From: Cereibacter sphaeroides 2.4.1
GTDB taxonomy: Bacteria > Pseudomonadota > Alphaproteobacteria > Rhodobacterales > Rhodobacteraceae
Length of the DNA: 32,000 nt
Direction: 5' to 3'
NCBI RefSeq assembly: GCF_000012905.2
Contig: NC_007493.2
Coordinates: 570,001-602,000 of the forward strand
Made by a program: the position numbers and the translations under genes. The first letter of the stretch is position 1; each line of letters starts with the position of its first letter. Below the pieces are notes generated by a model that worked only from the letters and a program-made list of their open reading frames with translations, did not search any database and had not been told where the DNA came from. Below are positions 17,713 to 26,749 of this stretch, one piece after another.

Positions 17713-18858
17713 ATGGGACTCTCGAAGACGATCTGGACAAACCCCGCCGAATATCTCCGTGCGCTCTCTCCCGAGGCGCCGGTGCTGTTCTTCTCGCCGT
17801 CGACCCTGCAGGCGACGGCGCGGCGCTTCATCGACGGCTTTCCGGGCATGGTGACCTATGCGGTCAAGTCCAACCCGGAAGAGGTGGTGATCGAGAACCT
17901 CGCCGCCGCGGGGATCCGCGGCTACGACGTGGCCTCGCCCCACGAGATCCGCATGATCCGCCGCATCGCGCCGGATGCGGCGCTGCACTACAACAACCCC
18001 GTGCGCTCGCGCTCCGAGATCGGCGTGGGCGTCGAGATGGGCGTGAAGAGCTGGTCGGTCGACTCGGCCTCGGAACTGGCCAAGCTCATCGAGCTCGTGC
18101 CCGCCGAGGGCTGCGAGATCGCGGTGCGCTTCAAGCTGGCGGTCTCGGGCGCGGCCTATAACTTCGGGGCCAAGTTCGGCGCGACGGTCGAGCTCGCGGT
18201 CGAGCTGCTGCGCCGGGTGGCCGAGGCGGGCTTCATCCCGTCGATGACCTTCCACCCGGGTACGCAATGCACCGACCCCGCCGCGTGGGAAACCTACATC
18301 CGCACTGCCGCCGAGATTGCGCGCGACGCCGGCGTGACCATCGCGCGGCTGAACGTGGGCGGGGGCTTCCCCTCGCACCGGCTGAACGGGGTCGAACCCG
18401 AGCTCGAGGCCATCTTCCACCTGATCGACCGCGTGACGGATGAGGCCTTCGGGGCCGACCGGCCGCTCCTCGTCTGCGAACCGGGCCGGGGCATCTGCGC
18501 CGACGCCTTCACGCTTGCCGCGCGCATCAAGGCGGTGCGCGACGACGCCCATGTGTTCCTCAACGACGGCGTCTACGGCTCGCTGACCGAGCTGCCGATG
18601 ATCGGCGTGATCGACCGCGTGGCGGTGCTGACCCCCGAGGGCCGTCGGCGCGACGGAGAGACCCGCGACCGCATCATCTTCGGGCCGACCTGCGACTCGG
18701 TGGACCGCCTTCCGGGCGAGCTGCCGCTTGCCGCGGATGTGGAGGAGGGCGACTTTCTGGTGTTCCAGGGCATGGGCGCCTACTCCGCCGCCACCAATAC
18801 CCGCTTCAACGGCTTCGGCGAACTGAGTATGGCCACCGTCCTCTCGCTCAAATTGTAA
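17713..18858 (+). CDS. type III (alanine-racemase fold) PLP-dependent decarboxylase, ornithine/lysine decarboxylase-like
   Basis: In frame within ORF 17644..18858. ATG 17713 is preceded by GAAAGGAA. Motifs: YAVKSNP (PLP lysine), GGGFP, CEPGRG and GPTCDSVD (active-site Cys region). About 381 aa, like eukaryote-type ODC and bacterial L/ODC enzymes. Confidence 0.85.
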   Translation: MGLSKTIWTNPAEYLRALSPEAPVLFFSPSTLQATARRFIDGFPGMVTYAVKSNPEEVVIENLAAAGIRGYDVASPHEIRMIRRIAPDAALHYNNPVRSRSEIGVGVEMGVKSWSVDSASELAKLIELVPAEGCEIAVRFKLAVSGAAYNFGAKFGATVELAVELLRRVAEAGFIPSMTFHPGTQCTDPAAWETYIRTAAEIARDAGVTIARLNVGGGFPSHRLNGVEPELEAIFHLIDRVTDEAFGADRPLLVCEPGRGICADAFTLAARIKAVRDDAHVFLNDGVYGSLTELPMIGVIDRVAVLTPEGRRRDGETRDRIIFGPTCDSVDRLPGELPLAADVEEGDFLVFQGMGAYSAATNTRFNGFGELSMATVLSLKL

Positions 18859-18886
18859 ATCGTTCACCTGTCTGTGATATTTTAAA

Positions 18887-18920
18887 GCCCGGCCGGAACC
18901 TCCCGGTCGGGTTTTTTCTT
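18887..18920 (+). terminator. rho-independent terminator after the decarboxylase gene
   Basis: CCCGGCCGG-aacct-CCGGTCGGG (one G.U pair) followed by TTTTTTCTT. It starts about 29 nt after the stop codon. Confidence 0.75.
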
Positions 18921-19014
18921 CATCCTCCATGTAACAGTGGATGGGCACCATGTTGACGCTCGGCCGGTGGAACCAGTGCAAGGGGAACGGGACGGTCGGG
19001 CCGGAGGGTCGGGC

Positions 19015-20118
19015 ATGTCGCTGATCAAGAGCGTCCGCCACTGGCTGCGACGCCATCCCACCGTCGCCACCGAGCCCGCAACGCCGCCCGCGCGGGGCGC
19101 CCATCGCGGCCAGGTCGATCATGTCATCCTCTTCGACGGAACCTGCTCCTCGCTCGAGGCGGGGCACGAGACAAACGTCGGGCTGATCTTCAAGCTGCTG
19201 CGCGAGGAGCGCCGCTCGGTGCAGCGCACCATCTACTACGAGCCGGGCCTGCAATGGGGCGGCTGGCTGCGCATCGGCGATCTCGTGCAGGGCAAGGGGC
19301 TCAACCGTCAGATCCGGCGCGCCTACGGCTATCTCGCCTCGCACTACCAGCCGGGCGACCGGATCTTCCTTTTCGGCTATTCGCGGGGCGCCTATGCGGC
19401 GCGCTCGCTTGCCGGCGTGATCGACCGCGTGGGGCTGCTCCGCCGCGAGGAGGCGACGGAGCGCAATGTCCGTCTTGCCTGGCGCCATTACGAGCAGGGC
19501 AGCATCCGCCCGCACGCCCGCGCCTTCTCGCGCCGGCACTGCCATGCGCGGGTCGAGATCGAGATGGTGGGCATCTTCGACACGGTGAAGGCGCTGGGGC
19601 TGCGGCTTCCTCTGCTCTGGCGGCTGAGCGAGGATCGCCATGCCTTCCACAGCCACAAGCTCGGCCGCACGGTGCGCCACGGCTTCCACGCGCTGGCGCT
19701 GGACGAGACCCGCACCGTGTTCGAGCCGGTGCTCTGGGATTACCCCTATCACGGCCAGATCGTCGAACAGGCCTGGTTCCGGGGCGGGCACGGCGACATC
19801 GGAGGCCAGTTGGCCGGCGGGCGGCACGGCTCGCGGCTCCTGTCGAACATCCCGTTGGTCTGGATGCTGGAGCGCGCGACCCATTGCGGGCTGCAGCTGC
19901 CCGAGGGCTGGCGCGCGCGTCACCCCTGTGATGTCACGGCACCCATGACCAGCATGTATGCGGGTTGGGGCAAGATATTCCTCTCGCGCCAGCGCCGCCC
20001 GACCCTGCGCTGCCCGACGGAATATATCCACCCGACCGCGCTCCGCCCCGAGCCGCGGCGGCGCAAGTGGCGGCTGCGCTGGGGCGGCGCGCCCGAGGGC
20101 GAGCCCACGCAGGGCTGA
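19015..20118 (+). CDS. DUF2235 alpha/beta-hydrolase (T6SS Tle1-like phospholipase domain) protein, orphan
   Basis: In frame within ORF 18937..20118. ATG 19015 has GGAGGG 7 nt upstream. DUF2235 blocks: HVILFDGT, TNVGLIFKLL, YYEPG, GxSxG nucleophile elbow FGYSRGAYAARSLAG, VGIFDTVKALG, HALALDETRTVFEP and QAWFRGGHGDIGG. No signal peptide. Confidence 0.8.
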   Translation: MSLIKSVRHWLRRHPTVATEPATPPARGAHRGQVDHVILFDGTCSSLEAGHETNVGLIFKLLREERRSVQRTIYYEPGLQWGGWLRIGDLVQGKGLNRQIRRAYGYLASHYQPGDRIFLFGYSRGAYAARSLAGVIDRVGLLRREEATERNVRLAWRHYEQGSIRPHARAFSRRHCHARVEIEMVGIFDTVKALGLRLPLLWRLSEDRHAFHSHKLGRTVRHGFHALALDETRTVFEPVLWDYPYHGQIVEQAWFRGGHGDIGGQLAGGRHGSRLLSNIPLVWMLERATHCGLQLPEGWRARHPCDVTAPMTSMYAGWGKIFLSRQRRPTLRCPTEYIHPTALRPEPRRRKWRLRWGGAPEGEPTQG

Positions 20119-20145
20119 AGCGCCGCTGGCAGCCGGGCGGGGGGC

Positions 20146-20622
20146 TTAGCCCAGAAGCAGGCAGGTCGTGCTGCCGGTGGCGTAGAGCCGGTCGTCCTCG
20201 GCATCGCGGATCTCGCCATGGGCCACGGCGGTGGTGCGGCCGGCATGATCCGAGATCCCTACGGCGAGGATGTCGCGCCCGACCGGCAGCGCGCGGGTGA
20301 TGTTCACCTTGAACTCGAGCGTGGTCCAGCGCCGGCCCTTCGGCACCCCGGTCATCACCGCACAGCCCATGGCGCTGTCGAGGATCGTCCCGTACCAGCC
20401 GCCGTGGACGCCGCCGAAGGCGTTGGTATGGGCGAAGGCCGGAACGCCCCGCCAGACCACCCGCCCGGGTTCGACGCTGACCAGCCGGTAGCCCATTATG
20501 CGGCCGATGGTGGGTTCGGGAACGCGGCCCTCCAGCATGGCCTGCATGTAGTCCATCCCCGACAGTCCTGCGACCGTGGCGGCCGCCGGGAAATCCTCGG
20601 GACGTTCGGCGAAAAGCGACAT
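20146..20622 (-). CDS. PaaI-family (hotdog fold) thioesterase
   Basis: Terminal in-frame part of ORF 20146..21642. ATG 20622-20620 is preceded by GGAGGA. The product MSLFAERPEDF...LGMRLVSVEPGRVVW-type core (IMGYRLVSVEPGRVVWRG...NAFGGVHGGWYGTILDSAMGCAV...TLEFKVNITR) is typical of PaaI/YdiI thioesterases. Confidence 0.85.
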   Translation of the reverse strand: MSLFAERPEDFPAAATVAGLSGMDYMQAMLEGRVPEPTIGRIMGYRLVSVEPGRVVWRGVPAFAHTNAFGGVHGGWYGTILDSAMGCAVMTGVPKGRRWTTLEFKVNITRALPVGRDILAVGISDHAGRTTAVAHGEIRDAEDDRLYATGSTTCLLLG

Positions 20623-20900
20623 GGAAGATCCTCCTTCGGCCCCTGTCTGGCAGGCGAGGGCAGCGAGGTCGAGATCCCCGCCGCGCCCGCCCTGTCCGGC
20701 GTTCGATGACGCAGCGTCACAGGCCGCAGCCTCTGCGCTTCGTGAGCGGCGGTGCCGGAACGGCAAGCGGAGACGGCGGTGCGGCGCCCGTCGGCCAAAG
20801 CCCTTGCGCTCCGTGAATGGCGGAGCCGGCCGCCAAGGTCCGCCCATCTGGCGAGGGAACGCCGGTCCGAACCTGGCGGCAGCCGCCGCCGCCCGTCTCC

Positions 20901-20930
20901 GAATGCAAACGGCGGCCCCGAAGGGCCGCC
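20901..20930 (-). terminator. probable intrinsic terminator of gltA
   Basis: On the minus strand: GGCGGCCC-TTCG-GGGCCGCC (8-bp perfect stem, UUCG tetraloop) followed by GTTTGCATTC. It begins 25 nt after the gltA stop. The U-tract is interrupted. Confidence 0.55.
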
Positions 20931-20954
20931 GCCGGACATTCCGTGTCGCGCCGC

Positions 20955-22241
20955 TCAGCGGTGGCGCAGGTCGACGTAGTCGCGACGGGTCTCGCCCTTG
21001 TAGAGCTGCCGCGGGCGGCCGATCTTCTGCGTGGGATCGCCGATCATTTCCTTCCACTGCGAGATCCAGCCCACGGTCCGAGAGATCGCGAAGATCGGGG
21101 TGAACATCGAGGTGGGGAAGCCCATCGCATCGAGGATGATGCCCGAGTAGAAGTCCACGTTCGGATAGAGCTTCTTCGCGACGAAGTAATCGTCCTCGAG
21201 CGCGATCCGCTCCAGCTCCTTGGCGACCTGGAGCGTCGGGTTGTTCTCGATGCCGAGCAGGCCCAACACCTCGTCGGCGCTTTCCTTCATGACCTTCGCC
21301 CGCGGGTCGAAGTTCTTGTAGACGCGGTGGCCGAAGCCCATCAGGCGGAAGGGATCGTCCTTGTCCTTGGCGCGCCGGATATATTCCGGGATCCGGTCCA
21401 CGGTGCCGATCTCGCGCAGCATCTCGAGACAGGCCCGGTTGGCGCCGCCATGGGCGGGGCCCCAGAGGCAGGCGATCCCGGCCGCGATGCAGGCGAAGGG
21501 GTTGGCCCCCGACGAGCCCGCCAGACGCACGGTCGAGGTCGAGGCATTCTGCTCGTGGTCGGCGTGCAGCATCATGATCCGGTCCATCGCCTTGGCGAGG
21601 ACGGGGTTCACCGTGTAGGGCTCGGCCGGCACGGCGAAGCACATGTGCAGGAAGTTGCCCGCGTAATCGAGATGGTTCTGCGGGTAGTTGAAGGGCTGGC
21701 CGATGGAATATTTGTAGGCCATCGCCGCGATCGTCGGCAGCTTGGCGATCATCCGGATCGCCGCGACCTCACGCTGCCACGGATCGTTGATGTCGAGCGA
21801 GTCGTGGTAGAAGGCCGACATGGCGCCGACCACACCCACCATCGTCGCCATCGGATGGCTGTCGCGGCGGAAGCCCCGGAAGAAGTAGTGGATCTGCTCG
21901 TGCAGCATCGTGTGCCGCGTGATCCGGTATTCGAAATCGGCCTGCTGCGCCGCGTTCGGCAGTTCACCGTAGAGCAGGAGGTAGCAGACCTCGAGATAGT
22001 GCGACCGGTCGGCCAGCTGCTCGATCGGGTAGCCGCGGTAGAAGAGCTCGCCCTTGTCGCCGTCGATGTAGGTGATGGTGCTTTCGCAGGCGGCGGTCGA
22101 GGTGAAGCCCGGGTCGTAGGTGAAAACATCGGCTTCCGCGTAGAGCTTGCGGATGTCGACCACGTCCGGCCCCAGGGTGGGCGAGTGGATCGGCAGGTCG
22201 ATGACCTTCTCGCCGATCGTGAGCTTTGCGGATTTCGTCAT
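20955..22241 (-). CDS. gltA: citrate synthase (type II)
   Basis: In frame within ORF 20955..22403. ATG 22241-22239 is preceded by GAGAGGGAG. The product [34 protein letters not shown]...[14 protein letters not shown] (428 aa) has the citrate synthase signature. Confidence 0.95.
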   Translation of the reverse strand: MTKSAKLTIGEKVIDLPIHSPTLGPDVVDIRKLYAEADVFTYDPGFTSTAACESTITYIDGDKGELFYRGYPIEQLADRSHYLEVCYLLLYGELPNAAQQADFEYRITRHTMLHEQIHYFFRGFRRDSHPMATMVGVVGAMSAFYHDSLDINDPWQREVAAIRMIAKLPTIAAMAYKYSIGQPFNYPQNHLDYAGNFLHMCFAVPAEPYTVNPVLAKAMDRIMMLHADHEQNASTSTVRLAGSSGANPFACIAAGIACLWGPAHGGANRACLEMLREIGTVDRIPEYIRRAKDKDDPFRLMGFGHRVYKNFDPRAKVMKESADEVLGLLGIENNPTLQVAKELERIALEDDYFVAKKLYPNVDFYSGIILDAMGFPTSMFTPIFAISRTVGWISQWKEMIGDPTQKIGRPRQLYKGETRRDYVDLRHR

Positions 22242-22347
22242 GCTACTCCCTCTCTCGTTCGGGCCGGCTCCGCACGGGATGGCGCGGGGCCGATAGGTTC
22301 CGGTTCCGCGACGGACCGGGGCTCGGACAGAAGGAGAGGGCGGCGGC

Positions 22348-23763
22348 TCAGGCCGCCGCGGCATCCTCCAGCCGCGCAATCGTCTCGTCCCGACCGATGA
22401 CAAGCATCATGTCGTAGACGCTGGGCGTCACCGTGCGCCCGGCAAGGGCTGTGCGCAAGGGGGCGGCCAGTTTCCCGAAGCCCATTCCCTTCTCGCTCGC
22501 AAAGGCGGTGAGGATGGCCTCGAGATCCTGCTTCGACCAGCTAGCAGCTTGCAGCATCGGCGTCAATTCGCGCAGTATACCACGGGATACCGGATCAAGC
22601 GCTTTTGCCGCAGCGTCATCTGCCACAATCGGCCGCGACTCGAGTGCAAAGCGCGCCTTTTCAAGCAGTTCCGGGAAGGTCTTGGCCCGGTCCTTCAGAG
22701 CGTAGAGCCCTTTCTCCAGCCGCGCGGCCTGCAGATCGGTGAGGGCGGGTTTCCGCGCTGCAGCGAGATATGCCGCAATTTCGCGCATCAGCTCGGCATC
22801 CTCCATGACGGCGATGTGCTGACCGCAGACGCTTTCCAGCTTCTTGAAGTCGAGTCGCGCGGGCGAGCGGCCGATTCCACCCAGATCGAACCAGTCCATC
22901 GCCTGCTCGGAGGTGAAGAACTCGTCGTCCCCGTGCGACCAGCCGAGCCGCGCGAGATAGTTGCGCATGCCCGCGGCGGGATAGCCCATCGCCTGATATT
23001 CCTCGACCCCGAGCGCCCCGTGCCGCTTCGAGAGCTTCTTGCCGTCCGGCCCGTGGATCAGCGGGATATGGGCCCAGACCGGCACCTCCCAGCCCATCGC
23101 CTCATAGACCATCGTCTGGCGCGCGGCGTTGTTCAGGTGATCGTCGCCCCGGATCACATGGGTCACGCCCATGTCGTGATCGTCCACCACCACGGCCAGC
23201 ATGTAGGTGGGCGTGCCGTCCGAGCGCAGCACTACCATGTCGTCGAGCGTCTCGTTCTGGAAGCGCACCGTGCCCTGCACCTCGTCCTCGATCACGGTCT
23301 CGCCGCTCCTCGGCGCCTTCATGCGGATCACGAAGGGCGCATCGGGGTGGCTTGTGGGATCGGCATCCCGCCAGGGGCTGCGGAACAGGGTCGAGCGGCC
23401 CTCGGCGCGGGCGGACTCGCGGAAAGCCTCGATCTCCTCCTGCGTCGAGAAGCATTTGTAGGCCGCGCCGCGTTCCAGCATCTCGCGCGCCACCTCGGCA
23501 TGGCGGTCCTTGCGGGCGAACTGGCTCACCACCTCGCCATCCCAGTCGAGGCCGAGCCAGGTCAGCCCGCGCAGGATCGCGTCGGTGGCCTCGGGCGTCG
23601 ACCGCTCGCGGTCGGTGTCCTCGATGCGCAGGAGGAACGTGCCCTTGCGTCCGCGGGCATAGAGCCAGTTGAAGAGAGCGGTCCGCCCGCCGCCGATATG
23701 CAGATAGCCGGTCGGCGAGGGGGCGAAACGGGTGACGACGGGCTTGTCGGACGCGGCGGGCAT
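22348..23763 (-). CDS. gltX: glutamate--tRNA ligase
   Basis: ORF 22348..23763 (471 aa). [24 protein letters not shown] (HIGH region) and KLSKRHG (KMSKS equivalent). Confidence 0.95.
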   Translation of the reverse strand: MPAASDKPVVTRFAPSPTGYLHIGGGRTALFNWLYARGRKGTFLLRIEDTDRERSTPEATDAILRGLTWLGLDWDGEVVSQFARKDRHAEVAREMLERGAAYKCFSTQEEIEAFRESARAEGRSTLFRSPWRDADPTSHPDAPFVIRMKAPRSGETVIEDEVQGTVRFQNETLDDMVVLRSDGTPTYMLAVVVDDHDMGVTHVIRGDDHLNNAARQTMVYEAMGWEVPVWAHIPLIHGPDGKKLSKRHGALGVEEYQAMGYPAAGMRNYLARLGWSHGDDEFFTSEQAMDWFDLGGIGRSPARLDFKKLESVCGQHIAVMEDAELMREIAAYLAAARKPALTDLQAARLEKGLYALKDRAKTFPELLEKARFALESRPIVADDAAAKALDPVSRGILRELTPMLQAASWSKQDLEAILTAFASEKGMGFGKLAAPLRTALAGRTVTPSVYDMMLVIGRDETIARLEDAAAA

Positions 23764-23839
23764 GGGCGGATTAACCTTTCTGAAACCATCAGGTGCTCAG
23801 GATCGCGCCTGTCTAGGCAATCGCGGATCGGGAAACAAG

Positions 23840-25951
23840 GTGCGGGCGCTCCACCCTCAGGCCGTCCCCGGAGATCTGGAGCCCCCCGCCGCGCCGGTGG
23901 CAGCCTTCGCCCTCCGCGCGCTGTGGCGGCCGGTCGAGGCACTGGCGGCCGCCCGCGGCTTCCTTTTCCCCTTCGTGCCGGTGTTTCTCGGAATCGGGAT
24001 CGGCCTCTGGTTCGCGCTCCTCTCCGAACCGGGGTGGCCCGCCTATGCTGCGGCTCTGTCGGCGCTCGCGCTCTGGGCGTGGGTCCGCTGGCGGGGGCAC
24101 GAAGCCCTGCACCCGCCGGTCGCGGCGCTGGCCTGCCTCGGCGCGGGATTTCTGGCCGCGGGCCTGCGGGCCGCGCTGGTTGCAGCGCCGATCCTCGGCT
24201 TTCACTATTACGGCGCCATCGAGGGGCGGGTCATTGCGATCGACCGGTCTCAGAGCGACGCGTTGCGCCTCACGCTCGACCGCGTCGTGCTGGAGCGGAC
24301 AGATCCTCGCCGCACGCCCGAGCGGGTGCGGATCACGATCCATGGCGAGCAGCCGATGGAGCCTGCGCCGGGCATGACCGTGGCGCTCACGGGGCATCTC
24401 GATCCGCCGCTTCCCCCGGCCGAGCCGGGCGGGTTCGACTTTCGCCGCATGGCCTATTTCGACCGCCTGGGCGCGGTGGGTTATACCCGCACGCCGGTCG
24501 TGCTGCTCGAGCCCGCCCATGCCGGCGACAGCCCGGTGAACCGTCTGCGCACCGCGATCCGGGAAGGCGTGCAGGCGCGCTTTCCCGGCGAGGCGGGCGC
24601 CTTCACCGCGGCCGTGCTGACGGGCGACGAGGCCGGCATCAGCGCCGCCACCATGGAGGACCTGCGCCGCTCCGGCCTCGCCCATATCCTCGCCATCTCG
24701 GGGCTGAACATGAGCCTGCTTGCGGGCTTCGTCTTCGGCCTCGTCCGCCACGGGTTGGCCCTGGTGCCGCCGCTCGCGCTGCGGCTGCCCACCAAGAAGA
24801 TCGCGGCGGTGGCAGCCTTCCTCGGCACCGGGTTCTATCTCCTGATGTCGGGCGGCAATGTTCCTGCGCTGCGCTCCTTCGTGATGATCGCGGTGATGCT
24901 GGTCGCGGTCCTTGCCGACCGCCGTGCGCTCTCGATGCGGAGCTTCGCGCTTTCGGCCATCATCATCCTGCTGTGGCAGCCCGAGACGCTGCTCGAGGCG
25001 GGTTTCCAGATGTCCTTCGCCGCGACGGCGGCGCTGATCTGGGGCTTCAACGCGCTGCGCGAGCGGGTCCATCCGAAAAGCCTCTCGCGCTGGGTGGCGC
25101 CCTTCTTCATGCTCGTCGTGGCCTCGCTCATCGGCGGGCTCTCGACCGGCCCCTTTGCTGCGGCCCATTTCAACCGGATCGCGGTCTACGGGCTTCTGGG
25201 CAACCTGATGGCCGTTCCGGTGATGGAGCTTCTGGTGATGCCCGCGGCGGCGGTGGCGGCGCTTCTTGCGCCGCTCGGGGCGGCCGGGCCCCCGCTCTGG
25301 GTGATGGAGCAGGGCGCGCGCTGGATCCTGTGGGTCGCGCACTGGGTTGCCGCGCTGCCGGGGGCCGTGCGGGCGGTGGTGTCCCCCGGGCCCTGGGTGC
25401 TGCCGCTCTTCGCGCTCGGCTCGCTTTGGCTCATGCTCTGGCGGGGGAGGGCGCGGCTGGCCGGCCTCGCGGGGATGGCCATGGCCTTCCTGCTCTGGTC
25501 GGCCGCCGAGCGCCCGCCTCTCTTCGTGGCGGCTGACGGTGCGCTGGTGGGCCTGATGGGACCGGAGGGCAGAGCGCTCTCCGATGCGCGCGGCGGCGGC
25601 TTCGCGGCACGGAGCTGGCTCGAGAACGACGGCGATCTGGCCGATCAGGCAGCCGCCGCGGCGCGCCCGGGCTTCGAGGGCCCGCGCGAGGCGCGCCGCT
25701 TCCAGCTGAATGGCCTCCCGGGCGTGGTCCTGAAGGGCAAGGGGGCGGCAGATCATCTGCCCGAAGCCTGCGCCTCGGCGCGGCTGGTGATCCTCGCCGC
25801 GCCCTACGAGGGGCCGGCGCCGGGCGCCTGCCTCCTCATAGATCGGACGTCGCTGGCGCGGACCGGCGCTCTCGCCATCCGGGAAGAGGCCGGGGACCTC
25901 CGCCTTCAGCCTGCCCGGATCGGGCACCGCCTGTGGAGCGGACGTCCCTGA
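23840..25951 (+). CDS. comEC: ComEC/Rec2 family DNA-uptake channel protein
   Basis: ORF 23732..25951. It is multi-pass membrane with a DUF4131-like N-terminal part and a competence domain (GLAHILAISGLNMSLLAG...). The start is uncertain. ATG 23732 would overlap the divergent gltX start, so I provisionally use the in-frame GTG at 23840. Confidence 0.8.
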   Translation: MRALHPQAVPGDLEPPAAPVAAFALRALWRPVEALAAARGFLFPFVPVFLGIGIGLWFALLSEPGWPAYAAALSALALWAWVRWRGHEALHPPVAALACLGAGFLAAGLRAALVAAPILGFHYYGAIEGRVIAIDRSQSDALRLTLDRVVLERTDPRRTPERVRITIHGEQPMEPAPGMTVALTGHLDPPLPPAEPGGFDFRRMAYFDRLGAVGYTRTPVVLLEPAHAGDSPVNRLRTAIREGVQARFPGEAGAFTAAVLTGDEAGISAATMEDLRRSGLAHILAISGLNMSLLAGFVFGLVRHGLALVPPLALRLPTKKIAAVAAFLGTGFYLLMSGGNVPALRSFVMIAVMLVAVLADRRALSMRSFALSAIIILLWQPETLLEAGFQMSFAATAALIWGFNALRERVHPKSLSRWVAPFFMLVVASLIGGLSTGPFAAAHFNRIAVYGLLGNLMAVPVMELLVMPAAAVAALLAPLGAAGPPLWVMEQGARWILWVAHWVAALPGAVRAVVSPGPWVLPLFALGSLWLMLWRGRARLAGLAGMAMAFLLWSAAERPPLFVAADGALVGLMGPEGRALSDARGGGFAARSWLENDGDLADQAAAAARPGFEGPREARRFQLNGLPGVVLKGKGAADHLPEACASARLVILAAPYEGPAPGACLLIDRTSLARTGALAIREEAGDLRLQPARIGHRLWSGRP

Positions 25952-26006
25952 ACCACGCTTCCCGTCAGACCGGGTGGCGAGGGCCGCAGCGCCTCCGCCC
26001 TCAGCG

Positions 26007-26693
26007 TCAGTAGCTGCGGATCAGCCCGACGAGCCGTCCCTGCACCTTCACCATCTGTTCGGGGTAGACCTGCGTCTCGTAGGAGTCGTTGGCGGGCTCG
26101 AGAGCGATCATGCCGCCGCGACGGCGGTAGCGCTTCAGCGTGGCCTCGTGATCGGCCACCAGCGCCACCACGATGTCGCCATTGTCGGCCGTCTGCTGCT
26201 CGCGGATCACCACGATGTCGCCATCGTTTATGCCGGCGGCGATCATCGAATCCCCCTTCACCTCCAGCGCATAATGCTGGCCGCGGCCCGAGAGCATCAT
26301 GCCGGGTACGGTGACCGACTGCGGGCCGCCGTTGATGGCCTCGATCGGCAGACCGGCCGCGATCCGGCCCATGAGCGGCAGATCGAGTGCCCCGGCGGTC
26401 TCGACCGTCACGGCGCCCTTCGGCAGCGGGGCCGCCGCAGCCTTGGCGGCCCGGGCGCTGAAGCCGGCTCGCTCCATCGCCTCGGGCAGTTTCACGATCT
26501 CGATCGCGCGGGCGCGGTGCGCCAGCCTGCGGATGAACCCCCGCTCCTCGAGCGCCGTGATGAGCCGGTGAATGCCCGATTTCGAGCGGAGGTCGAGCGC
26601 GTCCTTCATCTCGTCGAACGAGGGTGGCACCCCGTCACGATCCATCCGCGTCTTGATGAAATCGAGCAGTTCCATCTGCTTACGCGTCAACAC
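26007..26693 (-). CDS. lexA: LexA repressor (SOS regulator, S24 autopeptidase)
   Basis: ORF 26007..26753. The preferred start is GTG 26693-26691, with GGAGGG 7 nt upstream, giving (M)[32 protein letters not shown].... It has a winged-helix N-terminal domain, an AG cleavage region ([10 protein letters not shown]) and Ser/Lys dyad blocks (GDSM...; ATLKR). The 20-codon TTG extension uses rare codons (CAA, AGA). Confidence 0.93.
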   Translation of the reverse strand: MLTRKQMELLDFIKTRMDRDGVPPSFDEMKDALDLRSKSGIHRLITALEERGFIRRLAHRARAIEIVKLPEAMERAGFSARAAKAAAAPLPKGAVTVETAGALDLPLMGRIAAGLPIEAINGGPQSVTVPGMMLSGRGQHYALEVKGDSMIAAGINDGDIVVIREQQTADNGDIVVALVADHEATLKRYRRRGGMIALEPANDSYETQVYPEQMVKVQGRLVGLIRSY

Positions 26694-26713
26694 ACCGGCA
26701 CCCTCCGTCTTTG

Positions 26714-26739
26714 GTTCACCGCCTGTTCTGCCCGCGTTC
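26714..26739 (-). promoter_or_regulatory. SOS operator: three GTTC repeats spaced by 7 nt (two overlapping GTTC-N7-GTTC LexA boxes) upstream of lexA
   Basis: GTTC sits at 26714-17, 26725-28 and 26736-39, with exact 7-nt spacers. On the lexA coding strand this reads GAAC-N7-GAAC-N7-GAAC. The repeats lie 21-46 nt upstream of the lexA start. A TTGACA hexamer (26753-26748, minus strand) lies 8 nt upstream of the first repeat. GTTC-N7-GTTC is the published Rhodobacter-type LexA box. Confidence 0.8.
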
Positions 26740-26749
26740 CCTCTTTGTG

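Noticed and set aside
23732-23839. comEC starting at ATG 23732 or 23762.
   Set aside because: Either start would overlap the divergent gltX start codon (23763) and leave no promoter space. The start remains unresolved, so I provisionally report the in-frame GTG at 23840.
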